Shown piece after piece: positions 27,578-28,719 of a stretch of DNA of 28,719 bases. Position 1 is the first letter of the stretch. Every line of letters starts with the position of its first letter. The translations under genes were made by a program, and so were the position numbers. This DNA is from an uncultured Arcobacteraceae bacterium (GTDB lineage Bacteria; Campylobacterota; Campylobacteria; Campylobacterales; Arcobacteraceae), in assembly GCA_964022095.1 (NCBI GenBank), contig CAXHZO010000024.1:1-28719 (forward strand). The letters run 5' to 3'. Below the pieces are notes generated by a model. That model was given only the letters and a program-made list of their open reading frames with translations. It was not told the DNA's origin and ran no database searches.

Positions 27578-28264
27578 ATGAAGTTATGTGTTTCTTTAGA
27601 CTTACCAACAGCAAAAAAAAATCTTGCTTTAGTAGAGCAAATTAAAGATTTTGATGTTTGGTTAAAAGTTGGATTTAGAAGTTATATAAGAGATGGGAAA
27701 AAGTTTTTAGAAGATTTAAAAGCTATTAATCCTAACTTTAAAATCTTTTTAGATCTAAAACTTTATGATATTCCAAATACTATGGCAGATGCAGCACAAG
27801 AAATTGCACAGTTTGGTTTAGTAGACATGTTTAATGTTCATGCAAGTGCTGGTGTTAAAGCTATGAGTACTGTTATGGATAGAATAAAAGATATCCCTAA
27901 CAAACCTTTAGTATTAGCAGTTACTGCTTTAACTTCTTTTGACAATGATGCATTTAAAAAAGTTTATAATGAAGATATTGCTTCAAAAGCAACACAATTT
28001 GCAAAAGATACATATGCATCAGGAATTGATGGCGTAGTTTGTTCTGCTTTTGAAAGTAGTGACATTAAAAACAATACTTCAAAAGAGTTTATTACTTTAT
28101 GTCCTGGTATTAGACCTTTTGGTGAAGATGCAGGTGATCAACAAAGAGTTGCTGATATTCCTTTTGCAAAAGAAAATCTAGTAGATTTTATTGTTGTAGG
28201 AAGACCTATTTATAAAGCAGATAATCCAAAATCTGTTGTAGAAAAAATCTTAAATAACATCTAA
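27578..28264 (+). CDS. pyrF: Orotidine-5'-phosphate decarboxylase
   Basis: VSLD, LKVG, FLDLKLYDIPNT, NVHASAG, VTALTS, CPGIRP, DQQRV, IVVGRPI. Confidence 0.96.
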   Translation: MKLCVSLDLPTAKKNLALVEQIKDFDVWLKVGFRSYIRDGKKFLEDLKAINPNFKIFLDLKLYDIPNTMADAAQEIAQFGLVDMFNVHASAGVKAMSTVMDRIKDIPNKPLVLAVTALTSFDNDAFKKVYNEDIASKATQFAKDTYASGIDGVVCSAFESSDIKNNTSKEFITLCPGIRPFGEDAGDQQRVADIPFAKENLVDFIVVGRPIYKADNPKSVVEKILNNI

Positions 28265-28281
28265 TAACATAGTAAGTTTCA

Positions 28282-28318
28282 TAAAATCTATTATTTTATT
28301 TTAAAGTGATAGATTTTA
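28282..28318 (+). terminator. AT-rich hairpin after pyrF, probable terminator
   Basis: TAAAATCTATTATTTTA / TAAAGTGATAGATTTTA form a 17-bp stem with two G-U pairs and a 3-nt loop. Confidence 0.5.
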
Positions 28319-28325
28319 AGTGTGT

Positions 28326-28356
28326 TTTAAGTGACTTGCTATTATAATTTCCGTCC
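28326..28356 (+). promoter_or_regulatory. Sigma70 promoter of tRNA operon
   Basis: TTTAAGT (28326-28332), TATAAT (28343-28348), then C-rich discriminator-like TTCCGTCC. Confidence 0.6.
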
Positions 28357-28393
28357 TGATTTTATGATAATAAAGTCACGCAAAATTTTGAGT

Positions 28394-28483
28394 GGACAAG
28401 TGGGTGAGTGGCTGAAACCACACCCCTGCTAAGGGTGCGTCTCTTTACGGGGACCGAGAGTTCGAATCTCTCCTTGTCCGCCA
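28394..28483 (+). tRNA. tRNA-Ser(GCT)
   Basis: Acceptor GGACAAG/CTTGTCC, anticodon arm CACCC-CTGCTAA-GGGTG, long variable arm, GTTCGAATC, G73 plus encoded CCA. Confidence 0.95.
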
Positions 28484-28487
28484 CTAT

Positions 28488-28564
28488 GGGTCATTAGCTC
28501 AGCTGGTTAGAGCACTCGGCTCATAACCGAGTGGTCGAAGGTTCGAGTCCTTCATGACCCACCA
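28488..28564 (+). tRNA. tRNA with CAT anticodon, probably tRNA-Ile2 (lysidine); elongator Met not excluded
   Basis: Acceptor GGGTCAT/ATGACCC, anticodon arm CTCGG-CTCATAA-CCGAG, GTTCGAGTC, encoded CCA. Confidence 0.9.
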
Positions 28565-28572
28565 GCAATTTT

Positions 28573-28649
28573 GCGGGAGTAGCTCAGTTGGCTAGAGCTT
28601 CTGCCTTCCAAGCAGATTGTCGCGAGTTCGAGTCTCGTCTCCCGCTCCA
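28573..28649 (+). tRNA. tRNA-Gly(TCC)
   Basis: Acceptor GCGGGAG/CTCCCGC, anticodon arm TCTGC-CTTCCAA-GCAGA, U73 plus CCA. Confidence 0.95.
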
Positions 28650-28664
28650 TTGTTATTTTTAAAT

Positions 28665-28719
<55 letters not shown>

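Noticed and set aside
28357..28378. Small hairpin (TGATTTTAT/ATAAAGTCA) in the tRNA leader as a separate ncRNA
   Set aside because: Weak AT-rich 9-bp stem; most simply part of the pre-tRNA leader.

Overview
Strongly AT-rich chromosomal segment that looks like Campylobacterota, most like Arcobacteraceae (inferred from gene content, KKAF-type prepilin leaders and TTTAAG/GATATAAT-type promoters; no search was run). Left arm, minus strand: tlyA-ribF, then cmoA-bcp-pgbA-like-glcD-yihY-secreted hypothetical protein. The plus strand carries yigZ and a tightly coupled type II secretion (gsp-like) operon in the non-canonical order G-H-F-K-L-M-N-C-D-E-I-J plus a terminal SH3/coiled-coil gene; two different 11-bp-periodic direct repeats precede it, one closely resembling the C. 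jejuni PhosR box. A minus-strand pair of apparent pseudo-enzymes follows (a cysteine-stripped SdhB/HdrB-like protein and a membrane-anchored HNH-fold protein lacking its catalytic His), then murA. Next is a plus-strand DMT transporter / FMN glutamate-synthase-like protein / small membrane protein / double-RCK K+ channel / kdsA operon, then ribH-nusB-pyrF, and a tRNA cluster (Ser-GCT, CAT probably Ile2, Gly-TCC, truncated fMet). I saw no mobile elements or CRISPR arrays. All family calls come from motif recognition by eye.
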